Assembly (NCBI GenBank): GCA_964036045.1
Contig: OZ038379.1
Span: forward strand, 44,020,001-44,084,000
Direction of reading: 5' to 3'
Source of the DNA: Eutreptiella sp. 'Long Island Sound 2002'
Taxonomy: Eukaryota > Protista > Euglenida
Length of the DNA: 64,000 nt
This document shows positions 48,256-59,874 of this stretch, piece by piece (positions within the stretch are counted from its first letter, which is position 1; each line of letters opens with the position of its first letter). The translations under genes were made by a program, and so were the position numbers. The notes beneath the pieces are model-generated. The model saw nothing but the letters and a program-made list of their open reading frames with translations, was not told where the DNA came from and searched no databases.

Positions 48256-48799
48256 AGAAGGCGCTGACCTCCCTTTCACCCAACTCACTGAGTCCCCCAT
48301 TCGGGAGATAAGCTTCTGAGGCTGCCCCAGTACCCGACTGTGCTGTATGGACCCGCCTGAGTTATTCAGCCTGCTTCACTTTCCACCCCAGTGTATGAGT
48401 CTTTCAATTCTGCACTAGGGCCCCCTGTATGTCCTGATTGTTAGTTCCTGATGGTTAGTTGCTCTTTGGTTTTGATGCAGTCGTAACTTCGCAGTTTTTC
48501 TAGGTGTTGACCCTCTGTGGCAGGCCCCACCACCTGCATGGAGTGTACAGTACATACAGGTCCCGCGCCCCCATTGGGCTCTCCCTCTGTGGAGAACTGC
48601 CTCACCCGCATCCAACCCAGTGGCTAAGCTGACTTTGCTGTACATACCTCTAGGCCACTGCTGCCTAAGCACACTGTCTGCCTTGATGGCTGAACTCACC
48701 AGTGTCGGAACAAAAAAAAATCATGCAAAAAATAAAATCACGCACAAAAAATAAAATCACGCCCGTGATTTTAAATGGGACTGTGGTTTAGGACTTGTG

Positions 48800-49440
48800 C
48801 TGCTCAATGCTGCTCGGTGATCAGAATTTGCGTTTTCAGGTGCTTTGTTGACACCATCCGGTGCCCAGTGATCAGAATTTATGATCGGGATTTACAATTG
48901 TTGGTGCGTGGTGGGGATTTACAACTCTTGTGCCCGGCGATTGGAGTTTACGATCTCTAGTGCTCACTGATCAGGATTAACTTCTTTTGGTACCCGGTGA
49001 TTAGGATTCACAACTCCAAATGCCTGTAGATTGGAGTTTCGATTTCAGGCATTCAGTGATCAGGATTTCAATTTCTGGTGCTTGCTGATCAGGGTTTACA
49101 ATTTGGGGTGCTCAATGTTTGTAGTTGACAACTTCTGGTGCCCAGTGATTGGGATTATACATTTTGATGCCCAGTGATCGGAGTTTATGACTTTGGGTGC
49201 TCAATGATCAGGATTCATCACTTCTGGTGCCCGGTGATCAGGATCCACTCCTAGTGCCCGGAGATTGGAATTTATGATTTTGAGTGCTCAATGATGGGGA
49301 TTTACAGTTTCTGGTGCCCAGTGGTCGGGATTTACCTTTCTGGACTTCTGGTGCCCTGTGATTGGGATTTACAACTCCCATTGCCTGGTGTTTGGATTTT
49401 ATGACTTCGGTTCCCCATTGATGGGTATTCACAACTTGGG
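48800..49440 (+). repeat. Degenerate ~30-bp minisatellite (~20 copies)
   Basis: Unit approximately GTGCCCAGTGATCAGGATTTACAACTTCTG, beginning right after the transposon right TIR. Confidence 0.85.
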
Positions 49441-50356
49441 CTTGATTGAAATTCCCCATTCCTCGTCATCTCAAATGATTTCGTTATTGTGAGAACAGCT
49501 TGTGAACGGTGCTCATAGGAGAGCACTGGTAACGCACATAAATCTTGGATACATCAATGGCCAGGTGTGAGAGGCGGAATCACTCTCCCAATCCAAAGAG
49601 TATTGAATAATGGTGGTATTTGTTGTGTGCAGGGGGTTCATCATGCACCATTAAATTACACAAGGGGACCTCAAGATCATCAGTGGTTGCAATCAGTTGC
49701 AAGAGCTTGTGAAGGTGTTTTTTGCCTCATTTTTGCTCACAATGCGAACTGAGAAGGGAAGGACATGGGCTGTTGTGAATGCCACCCTGTATAGTGGTAT
49801 GCCGACTTTGAAAATGCGCTTCGGTACTTGTGACATTGGACCCATGTAACTTAGATACACTGTGTTTTTTTTTTATCAGTGGGAAGGTGAGAACACCGTT
49901 CCACATCAATTTTCTGAGCGTATTCCAATCAAGGTGACGCTCTTCTTTGTGCACCTGACCACAGGTGGTTAAGCATTATATTGCCTGAAAGAACCAAACA
50001 GTTTTGCAACAGATGAGTCTATTTTGTCAATTTGTCCCATGAACTGCCTTTTCAGTGCAATGCTGGTCGGTGTGACAGCCAAGGGGGAATTCCCCCCGAA
50101 TCTGAGTGTTTCAATCGGTTGATCATGGCCCCAACTCACAGCACGGACTGCGCTACGATTATGCGCCTGCACAACATAGCGATGGATGATGAATGATGAG
50201 AAACAGTGTGCATGTTGTCCTGTTCTCCACTCTGAACCTTCAGCTTGATTTTTTGGGAATCTGCTGTGAACGAATGTGGATTGGGTGCAAGTGTCTACTG
50301 TTTTTGGATGTCTGACCACGTGTTCAGATTCCCTTGAAGCTGGGTGTGTGAATGCA

Positions 50357-50662
50357 TGTCCATCTCTTCCGACGACCCTCGGTACCTCTTCCGCCGGGTC
50401 CGCCAAGGTGATGTGGACCATGTGCGCCAGTGGGTGAAGTCCCAGCCCAAAAGCACGCGCAACATTGATAAATGTGATGCAGAGGGCAATAGCCTCCTGC
50501 ACTGGGCAGTGTACCACGGGTGGATGGACATGGTGAAGCTGCTGCTGCGCAACCGAGCCTCGCCCAACATTCAGAACAACATGGGTGCAACCCCACTTCA
50601 CTGGGCCATTACAGCAGCAGTGCAGCCGCTGTACAACCGCAAGATTTTGCAAGTGCTTATCA
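50357..50662 (+). CDS. Ankyrin-repeat exon (about two repeats plus cap)
   Basis: DAEGNSLLHWAVYHGWMDMVKLLLRNRASPNIQNNMGATPLHWAI matches the ANK consensus G.TPLH.A...G....V..LL..GA..N. Candidate donor CAG|GT near 50662. Confidence 0.9.
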
Positions 50663-52127
50663 GGTTGCCTAACCTCCTCCCCCCCCTCCCCTTGCGAACT
50701 CAGCCACCCCATGCCGCTGTCACGCTCCCAGCCACCTGCAGGATTTTCTTCTGTAGCTCTGTTGTGACCAATGGGCCAGGTGACCATTGAACTGGGCACC
50801 CAGCAGGGCGCCTTTTCACCGGGGTGGTTGAGAAACCGGCCTGAAAGTTCATGCCATTTCACCTCAAGCGGTCAAAGATCGTGTATGTGGCATCCAAAAC
50901 CACCCATTTTGTGCCCAGGCTTTGACAATGGTATGGATTTCCGAGCTTCAAAGTCATCACTGCGCTTCCCAATGCCAACGAATGCAAACCCCACCTTCAT
51001 AGCTCTACTTGCTGGAGTGTGTTGCTGAGTGATTGCGGTGTAGTTGGCAACGTAATGCAAGCCTCATTTTGTTTATAAATGTCTTGGGTGTCATGTGTCC
51101 TGCTGCAGCGCTGTTCTTTGCTGCTTGTGGCTTTGTGGTCTGAAATCCATGTGTTGAACCAACCCCAGGTTCCTGAGCCCCCCCCCCCCGTGTTGCAAGA
51201 GAGTTTTGGACTGCTGGAGTGGTCACGCATATCACCAAGGATATTGGCCAGCCAGTCATCACCAGGCTGAGGCCAATTGTATTGCATTGCAAACAACACG
51301 CCAAGAGTGGGTTGCCATTGTGATCTTGCTCCAGCTGAGTGATGTATTTGTGTAAAGTGTTCCCACTCATCAGGCTGGTTTTGTTAAGGAGCAGTGTATT
51401 TTTAAGCACGTTTTTTTCAGCATGATTGCTGTGGGGTCGTATGAGCAAGGGGTGGCGGTCAGTTTAGATTTTGGTATGCATTTCCCACCATGTCTCATAA
51501 ATTTTGTTCTGAGCCCCCTCCAATCTGCACATACCCATCTCTTTGATTACACCGATACTGTTTCCCCCGAAGGGCCCATATGTTTACAGTGTGGGCCATG
51601 GCTCCGTGCTTGAATTTTTCATCATCCGATGGCAGGTACACACCAAGGGGATGCCGTATTCCCAGCGCTAGCGCTATCTGCTTTGGTGGTGTCATTTGTG
51701 CTGTTCTCCTGCAACAACTGTATCCAAATGTTGTACTCATGCTGTATGCAGACAATCTCATTCTGTTTTTCAATGGTCAAGTCTCACAGGGGTGTTATAG
51801 GGGGTTTTATCTGTGTTGAACGATTTTGGTGATTGATTGGGTATGCAAATGAATTTTGGAACGCTGCCCATGGTAAAAAAACACACAGTCACAACAGTCA
51901 CAGCAGTTGGCAACACAACTGCAGTTGGCAACACAACTGCAGGCACCACAACGGCGGTCAGCGTTCAGGAAACATTTCATATGCCATCTGTGTGTACTTG
52001 GGTACCTTGGAAACCAAGTAGGATCTTGAATGAGGCCTGATGGGCTTCATGGTGGTCTAGGCCTGTGCGCTGGCTTGTCAGAAGCATGGTGTATTAGCAG
52101 AGGTTGACCTGACCTTGGATAAGCACA

Positions 52128-52815
52128 TTGGTAATAAGTGGAGATTGTCCGGCAAATAATCAATGGCAATGAGTGCACACAATCCGGCAAAGAATTAGTG
52201 GTAATGAGTGCACAGCATCCGGCAAAAAATCAGTGGTTATGAGTGCAAACCATCCGGCAAAGAATCAATGGCAATGAGTGCAGACCATCCGGCAAAGAAT
52301 CAATGGTAACGAGTGCAGACCATCCGGCAAAGAATGCAGGGCAATGAGTGTAGACCATCCGGCAAAGAATTAGTGATAATGAGCGCACACCATCTGGCAA
52401 AGAATCGTTGGTAATGGATTCAGACCATCCAACAAGAAGTCAATGGCAATGACTGTAGTCCATCCGGCAAATAATCAATGATTATGTGTGCACACCATCC
52501 GACAAAGAATCCATGGCAATCCTTGCAAACCATCTGATAAAGAATCAATGGCAATAAGTGCAGACCATCTGGCAAAGAATCAATGGCACTGAGTGTAGAT
52601 CATCGGGCAGAGAATCATTGGTAATGGATGCAGTCCATCTAGCAAAGAATCAATGGTAATGAGTGTAGACCATCAAGCAAAGAATCATTGGTGATGACTG
52701 TACACCATCCCGCAAAGAATCATTGGGAATGAGTGCAGACCATCTAGCAAAGAATCAATGGCCATGAGTGAGGACTATCTGTCAAAGAATCATTGGTACT
52801 GGATGCAGACCATCC
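52128..52815 (+). repeat. 35-bp minisatellite (~19-20 copies)
   Basis: Unit AATGGCAATGAGTGCAGACCATCCGGCAAAGAATC, with no unique spacers. Confidence 0.95.
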
Positions 52816-54569
52816 CAGGCTCAAAATGGGCTACAAACACGTGTTTGAGCATCCCAAGTGGTCTGGGAACAACTTTGAAAAAAATCATTTTTTTCGCCCC
52901 GGGGACCCTGGTGGACCCACCGTTGGCCCCCGCCGTGCGCGGGCCGCGCTGCCCTCCGGCACCACCAAGTGACGACTGGTATGGGGGTCTAGGCGTCTCG
53001 TTGGGCGATTTTGAGGCTTGGAAACCACAAAAAGTGGGGGGTTGCGGGTGGACTAGGTGCCCTCGGAATTCGTTTCTGAGCCACGTAGCCTAAGATATGG
53101 CCGGTTCTTGGTTTCGGGGTGTTGGTGCACATTGCTCAGATTTTGGGGCTTTTTGGCGCCTTTTTGGGCCGTTTGTGGTTGCTCGATCCCGTGGGTCCCA
53201 GGGTTGCCTGAGGGGGCCCACAGCATGACGGAGGACCCAGAAGACCGGGGCTACTGGCCAGCCAGGCTTTGGGGCAGTGGCGACTGCACAGCATTAGCAT
53301 TAGCAACGGCGACAGGCGCAGGCCCGTTGGACCGCCGGGGTTATAGGGGCAAGGCAGGGCAACGTAGCGGCATAGCAACAAGCAGAAAGCAAGGGTGCCT
53401 CCTATGGGTGCAACGCAGCAACCAAGTAACAAAGCAGCACGCATGCGGCGAAGCAAGAGCTGGCCCCGTTTCGGTGTCCATTCCTGTCACCCGTTGGACG
53501 CCCACCGCCTCGGACCATGCGCATTCCGCACCGGGCAGCGCACGCGCACAAGCCCAATGACGCATAGCCAGGGTTTCTGGGGGGCTCCAGCCTAGCCTAG
53601 CCCTCAGCCTTCATTGCCCCTTCGTCCTCATTGTTTACGACGCATGTGCCGTGACCCCACCTTAGGCTCCCCCCAGTCGGAGCTACAGCATTTATATAAG
53701 AACACAATATTGCTCCATGGCCATCAGTAGCTATGAGCTGCACCCGCTGAAAATCCCCCGCACACCCCAAATATATACAGGTCTCGTACCCATTGCCCAA
53801 GACCATGGCCCGAGCGGACTCATGGTACCTGTACATGCGTGCATATAATATACTACGAGGGTCCACAGGGGGGGATGCCGGCCGCCCCGCAGCATGAGAG
53901 GCACAACCCGTGAATATCGCTGGCCGGAATTCGGGCTGGCGGGTGCCGTAGCTTGATTATCGACCCCCTGAAGGGGTACCCACCAGAGGTTCGCCCCGGG
54001 CTGTGGTTACCAGGTGCACCTCATCTGGCCCACATACATTGCCTTGACGTCTACCCTTGACCCTTACCTGCACTGATTGGCCAGCTCTCATGGTTGTGCC
54101 ATCTCCGCCATAGCAGCGTCCAGGCCGCAGGTTCGGCATCCACCGACAACGTGGCATGCCTACTTATAGCATTGGCCTGTGCCTCACCCCCTGAACCTCT
54201 CCTACAGCATCTGTGCGCTACGATACTTCACGAACCGCTCAAGCATGTGCCCCCCATAAACTTTTATGTCCCTGCTGCCACCAGGTAGGCTACATATATA
54301 TAGTTTGTTGCCGCTTGCGCGACGCCACTCCACCCAGTTCCACCGCTGTTGGGCCGCACCGCCACACCGCCGCGCCAGCTTACTACTGCAGGCACCTGCC
54401 CCCATGTGCAGGATCGCCACCGCACGTGCCGCCGTGACTCCAGTGTCGTGTGCCGAGGTCAGATGGCTAGGCTATGTACACGCCCGCAGGCACTGTCCCT
54501 TTTGTTTGTTGGAGGGGCCAGGGGATGCCCCAATACCCCCTCTGAGCTGTTCCAGGGGTCAGAGGGGTA

Positions 54570-54860
54570 CCCTAGTACCGCCAGGCGTCTCCCAGTACTC
54601 CCACCATACTGTTCCATAGTACCGCCACGCGTCCCTTAGTACTTCCATCATATTGCCCCCAGTACCGCCATGCGTACCCCACTGCCAGCATATTGTCCCC
54701 AGTAGCGCCGCGTGTCTCCCATGACTCTCACCATAATGTCCCCAGTACCGCCATGCTTCCCTCAGTTCATCCACCATATAGTCCTCAGTACCGCCATGCT
54801 TCTCCAAGTATTCCCACCACCCTATCTCCAGCACCACCACGGCACCCCCATTATTTCCAC
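54570..54860 (+). repeat. ~42-bp degenerate minisatellite (~6-7 copies)
   Basis: Repeated CAGTACCGCCATGC...CCACCATA; abuts the truncated 3' end of the minus-strand LINE. Confidence 0.8.
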
Positions 54861-54869
54861 GTGATTGTC

Positions 54870-56780
54870 CCCGGGGAGGGCTAGTGCGGGGACCTCGGCT
54901 CGCTCGTATGCGAGGCGGAGCAGGTGGGAGGACCAGCTTGGGGGGTGAGGCTGCAGAAGCTGTGCGTGGGTGCGGGTATTGGCGGCTGCGTACGCAGCCT
55001 CCGCGGCGCGGGCTGGGCTTAGGAAGAGCGCGCCGTCGCGGTGCGCCACGATGCGGCCGTGGTATAGCGTAGCCCAGAGGAGGGTCCCCGGGGATGCTGT
55101 GGTGAGCCTGCGGCGGGCCAGGCTGTCGGCCTCGGTGTTGAGGGTGGCGAGGTGGCTGCTGGAGCCGGAGTCGTGTTGTGCGATGAGCCAGGCTTGGTGC
55201 ATGCGGAAGGTGGTGGAGAGAAGGGCCCCCCGGTATGGGATGGAGAGGGCGGATGTGGGAGGCGGGCCTCGGGTGAGGTCGCAGAGTTGGGAGGCGGTGG
55301 AGTCTGAGGCGAACAAGGCTACGCCGGTCTAGCCGCTGAGGGGGAACATGGCGGCGATCTTGGTGATCCACTCGGCGTCTGTGGAGTGGCCAGCGAGGGC
55401 GTGGAGGCCAAGCCAGCCGCGATAGAGGGTGCCATGGTGGGGGTGCTACAGGAGGAAACCCGCGCCGATGCGAGTGCTCTCTTGGCTGCCATCGCACGCG
55501 ACCACGACGTAGGGGAGGGACTGGAGGGGGGCTAGTGAGCCGGAGTGGTGCTGCGGGGCGGAACGCACGAGTGGAGAGGGGAGGAGGAGGACAGCGACGT
55601 CGAGGGGGGCGAGGGCTTGCGCCACGGCAGGCCCTTCGGTGAGCCACCAGGTGGGACGGCGCGGGGAGATGAGGGATGCCGCGGCGGCTACGGCGAGGGT
55701 GTTGGGGCCCCGGGAGGCACGCAGGTTGGTGTGGAGGAGGTTGAGGGGGGCCCGGTATGCCAAGAGAGGGGCGCCGGGGCCGCCTAGCTGGATGGGGAGG
55801 TGAGGCAAGGCTGTGTGTGTCCACGGGGGCAGGCAGAAGGCGTGGCTGTACGCGTCGTTGATGGCGGTCTAGTGGGGGCGGAGGGCCGAGGGAGGGATGA
55901 GGCCGCCGGAGGTGACGTAGTTGAGGGGGGAGAGGCCGAAGGCGTGTAGGGGGCGGAGTTGGAGGATGGGGCAGGCCTCGCGATTGCGGCTGGCCTTGCG
56001 AGCCCGGTCGAGGGCCGTGCGGGATTTATTGGTGACGCGGAGGAGGGGGAGTTCGGGGAGGATGGGGATGCCGACGACCTCCGAGGTGGGGGCGGTGGAG
56101 GTGGCGGAGATGTGCTACGGGACTTCGGCGGAGACGAGGGTGGGGCGACCTGGGCGGGAGTCGATGAGGGAGAACTCCTGCTTGTCTAGGTGGATGATGC
56201 GGCCGGCGCGGCGGGAGCACTCGCGGCAGTCTGTGGCCATAGCCGCTACGTCTGTGAGGGAGGGGCAGATGAAGCGGCCGTCGTCGCTGTAATCTGAGGT
56301 GGGTGGCGGGGAGGTCTACTGCGCGGCCGGGGATGTCGAGCAGGAGGGTGATGGATGAGTTGGGCATCATGGCCCTGGTGATCACCAGGCCGGGGGCCTT
56401 GTAGTGGAGCTGGGCGAACCCGTCGCCCTGGTTGGCACCCTCCTCCGTGCTGAAGGGGTAGGCGAACCCCTCACCGGTGGCCACCCGGTTGACCAGGCGG
56501 CTGTACAAGCCGTCTGCCCAGGGGCCAAAGTCCCACGTGGCGCGGAGGTGGGAGCAAGGGTGGGAGTTGTCTCGGCGTAGCACCCGGAGGTACGCGTCCG
56601 ACTCGTCCCAGTCGCAGATGGCGCAGGTGCCGTGGGTGGAAGGGACGGTGCAGGTGGCGGCGCGGGCTACAAGGGCGAGACCGAGGGCGGAGTGGCCGGG
56701 GCGTTAGGCGAAGGAGGCGGGGGTGTAGGTGGAGGTGAGCTCGAGGTCTGCCGCCAGGCGGGTCGTGGCGATGCCGGAGG
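54870..56780 (-). mobile_element. Second, divergent non-LTR retrotransposon fragment (RT + RNase H), truncated at both ends
   Basis: DWDESDAYLRV, EEGANQGDGFAQLHY and DYSDD (56291-56280). RNase H: VACDGSQ (D at 55493-55491), STDAEW, FASDS, LIAQHD and NTEADSLAR. Several stops and frameshifts. Confidence 0.8.
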
Positions 56781-56931
56781 CTGTGCCGCAGCTATGGGTA
56801 TAGTAACCAAATGGGCTATCAGACTACAGACTTCAGACTTTTATGGACCATCACCCCCAACCCCCCCCCCTCCCCCACCCCAACACCCTTTCTAACCCCC
56901 CCCCCCCCGTGTCAAACTCCCCCCCCCCGTG

Positions 56932-57499
56932 TCCCCCCCAATATCAGACTTGTCCCATTGTCACCACACCCTTGAGGTGTAGAAGTGGGTTGTGGTCTCG
57001 ACCCTAGCGTCTGAAACCCAACCAGTGCTTGCAACCCCTTCAATGATGGTACGTGCCCCCCCCCCCCCCCCACCCCACCCCATCCCACCCCATCTCTCTG
57101 ACTCAAACCGATCGGGGGGCTCATATGTGACTGAAGACAAGTGGGAACAGAATCCTGATGTCTGACCCAAGCAACCTCACCTGAGCTAATCGGGTCAGTT
57201 TTGCTGGTGGGGTGGGCGGGTGGGGGTTCATCGGGTTGGGCCGGAACTGTTGAGAGGGGGGGTAGTGGGTTTCGAGCACAGTACAGCACATCACAGCACA
57301 CCACAGCACAACACAACATACAACATAGCACAGTTTATTACAGCACAGCACAGCACAACACAGCCCCTACGGCCGCCCAAGAGAGCCTCCCTCCCTCCCT
57401 CCCTCCCTCCCTCCCCTCCCTCCCTCCCTCCCACCCTGTCATTTCCCTGCTTGTGTGGTTGAGGTTAGGGAGGGTATGCCTGTTTTTCTTTTTCAGGTT
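56932..57499 (+). repeat. Direct repeat copy 1 (~570 bp), containing (CAGCA)n and (CCCT)n; partner at 59162-59768
   Basis: Near-identical from TCCCCCCAATATCA to TTTTTCAGGTT; the copies differ mainly in microsatellite length; spacing 2,230 bp. Confidence 0.95.
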
Positions 57500-58466
57500 C
57501 ATCAATCTAGCAACTTTCATAGCTGTGGCTGCACTCCGGATTTGGTGGGTGTTGCAGTCTCAGAAAGCAAATTTTCGCATCCCATACGAAGGTGGTTATC
57601 CAGGGGAGATCGAACAACTCTTGTACTCTTTTAGTCTACAGGGATATTTGAAAGACATTGATGCACCGATACAGTTCTGAAATAAGGGGTGGCCCCCCCG
57701 TCCCTGCCTCTGCCATGCAGGGCGACCTCGGAACGGTCCCAAGACGATAGTGAATCAAGGGGAGGCCCCCCGGAGACGAATTTGTTTGGAACCAAGGGGG
57801 GGCGCCATCCCCCCCAGGCCCCAGATGTGTATGTATCAAGTAATGTAGGTACGTTACTGAAAGAACCATAGTATTGTATAATGTACCCCTGCGGCCAACA
57901 GCCAGGGAGGGCCGGAGGTCCGGGTAAAAGCCCCGGACCCCCCAACGGCAGCCCCAAAGGTGAGCGCACCACTGGAAGGGGCATGTCTGCGGGGTAAAAG
58001 CATGCGCTTAGTAAACATCTAACGCAATAAATAGTGCTTACTGCTGTAATTAATGCTTAACCGGGTAAAAGGCCCTTCTCCCGGGGCTAGTTTTGTGCGC
58101 ACCCCCCAGAGCCGGACCCGACCGGCCGTGCTGAGGCGAGCCCAGCAATGGGTTTGGCAGGCCAGACTTTAAGTGCTGGTAGCCACGCCTCAGCACACTC
58201 CGCGGGCTTATAAGGCCCACGGGGGCCCTGAATACCGTTTCGTTCGGGAGTTAAGCCCCGGCGGAATTTGGGGTTGTTGATGGTTAAGAGGACTCACGTT
58301 GAGTCCCGGCTACTGTTACCCCGGGGTTATGACCCCCGGTACTGCCTGCTTACTTGCCTGCTGCTGCTAAGAGATAGGAAGGGGTTAGGACTGACCCCCC
58401 CCCCCCTAGCCACCCACGGCACTGGGACACCCCCACAGCGGCCGCAAGGGCTACGCGTGGGCGTCT

Positions 58467-58585
58467 CCCCTCCGTGAATTATTTGACCCCTCCGTGAATT
58501 TTTTGACCCCTCCGTGAATTATTTGACCCCTCTGTGAATTATTTACCCCCTTGCGTGAATTATTTCACCCCTCCGTGAATTGTTT
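58467..58585 (+). repeat. Six isolated monomers of the terminal satellite
   Basis: CCCCTCCGTGAATTATTTGA-type units, ~1.3 kb upstream of the main array. Confidence 0.9.
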
Positions 58586-59161
58586 TTAATGCGTGTGTAT
58601 GTGTGTATGTGTGGGCATGCGTGGGTGTCTGTATGTTTGCTCTCGGTCCCCCTGCAAGGGGGGACTCATCGGCTGGGCAGCTATACCCCTTAAATCCCTC
58701 CCCTCTGCTCTCGACCCCTTCCCCGACCCTCTGTTAAACAACCAGCACAAACAAAAGTCAGTTAAACACAAGGGGGCCACTGACAGCACCGCTTTCGGAA
58801 ATTTTTTTTCATTTTTGGAGAACACTTTCTTGCCTGTTAAACGGTGCTATCTGATGGCGGGGTGCCTGGGCAGGCAGGCTTGCCTTCACTGCCCTACAGG
58901 GGGGGGGAGGAGAGGACGCCCGGGCACCCAAGGGGTCAGAGAGAGCAGGGTGGGATGTAAAAATAAAAACCTGTAAGTTCCTCTCCACCCTCCCCGCCTG
59001 GGCGGTCCACATGGACCAACCCCTCCTGGCTTCGGCTTCCACACATTTTTAAGGACTTTAACAGGTTAGGGATGTTGCAGACAATACAATTTTCTGTGAT
59101 TTGCCCTGGTGCTTTAGTTAGGAATAGCCCCTGCACTGTACCGCACCACACTGCATTACAC

Positions 59162-59768
59162 TCCCCCCAATATCAAACTTGTCCATTGTCACCACACCCT
59201 TGAGGTGTAGAAGTGGGTTGTGGTCTCGACCCTAGCGTCTGAAACCCAACCAGTGCTTGCAACCCCTTCAATGATGGTACGCCCCCCCCCCCCCAACCCC
59301 CTCACCCCACCCCACCCCACCCCATCTCTCTGACTCAAACCGATCGGGGGGCTCATATGTGACTGAAGACAAGTGGGAACAGAATCCTGATGTCTGACCC
59401 AAGCAACCACACCTGAGCTAATCGGGTCGGTTTTGCTGGTGGGGTGGGTGGGTGGGGGTTCATCGGGTTGGGCCGGAACTGTGGAGATGGGGGGTAGTGG
59501 GTTTTGAGTACGGCACAGCACAGCACGGCACAGCACAGCACATCACAGCACATCACAGCACACCACAGCACATCACAACATACAGCATAGCACAGCATAT
59601 TACAGCACAACACAGCACAACACAGCCCCTACGGCCGCCCAAGAGAGCCTCCCTCCCTCCCTCCCTCCCTCCCTCCCTCCCTCCCCTCCCTCCCTCCCTC
59701 CCACCCCATCATTTCCCTTCTTGTGTGGTGAGGTTAGGGAGGGTATGCCTGTTTTTCTTTTTCAGGTT
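59162..59768 (+). repeat. Direct repeat copy 2 (~607 bp)
   Basis: Matches 56932-57499. Confidence 0.95.
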
Positions 59769-59874
59769 TTCTTTTATAGTAGAGTGCTTTCCCGCTTGCC
59801 AGCTTACCAAGGTCTGAACCCCGCCAAAAAAAAATAGGAGGTATGTTACTCCGTTCCTTAGTTACTTCCGGTGG

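Larger units (their letters stand above)
44496..48716 (+). mobile_element. 5'-truncated non-LTR retrotransposon (RT + RNase H), decayed
   Basis: Starts inside RT (AKAYPSTPHALLWETMYTLGVP), then RGVKEGCPLSP, YMDD (44762-44773), GFRVNSGKT and YLG. RNase H in ORF 45476-46705 has D61, E105, D125, H167 and D189. An A-run at 48712-48720 and a 23-bp direct repeat AAAATCATGCAAAAAA(C/T)AAAATC at 44473-44495 and 48717-48739 are consistent with a TSD. Confidence 0.9.
43029..48790 (+). mobile_element. DDE_Tnp_4 (PIF/Harbinger-ISL2EU group) DNA transposon interrupted by a LINE
   Basis: 25-bp TIRs TAAACCCCGGGCCCAATTAAAATCA (43029-43053) and TGATTTTAAATGGGACTGTGGTTTA (48766-48790) match 21/25. AAAATCACGCAC subterminal repeats occur at both ends. 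Confidence 0.75.

Noticed and set aside
49969-50300. WD40 repeat (AHNRSAVRAVSWGHD)
   Set aside because: Only one partial motif, with no terminal WD and no neighbouring repeats.
52128-52815. CRISPR-like 35-bp repeat
   Set aside because: The whole unit repeats with scattered substitutions and there are no spacer sequences.
54559-56895. Long R/P-rich alternative-frame ORFs (e.g. 54559-55824)
   Set aside because: They are off-frame products of the C-rich LINE strand; the RT and RNase H motifs lie in other frames.
56932-59768. Canonical full LTR retrotransposon
   Set aside because: There are no TG...CA termini, PBS, PPT, TSD or gag/pol sequence between the repeats.
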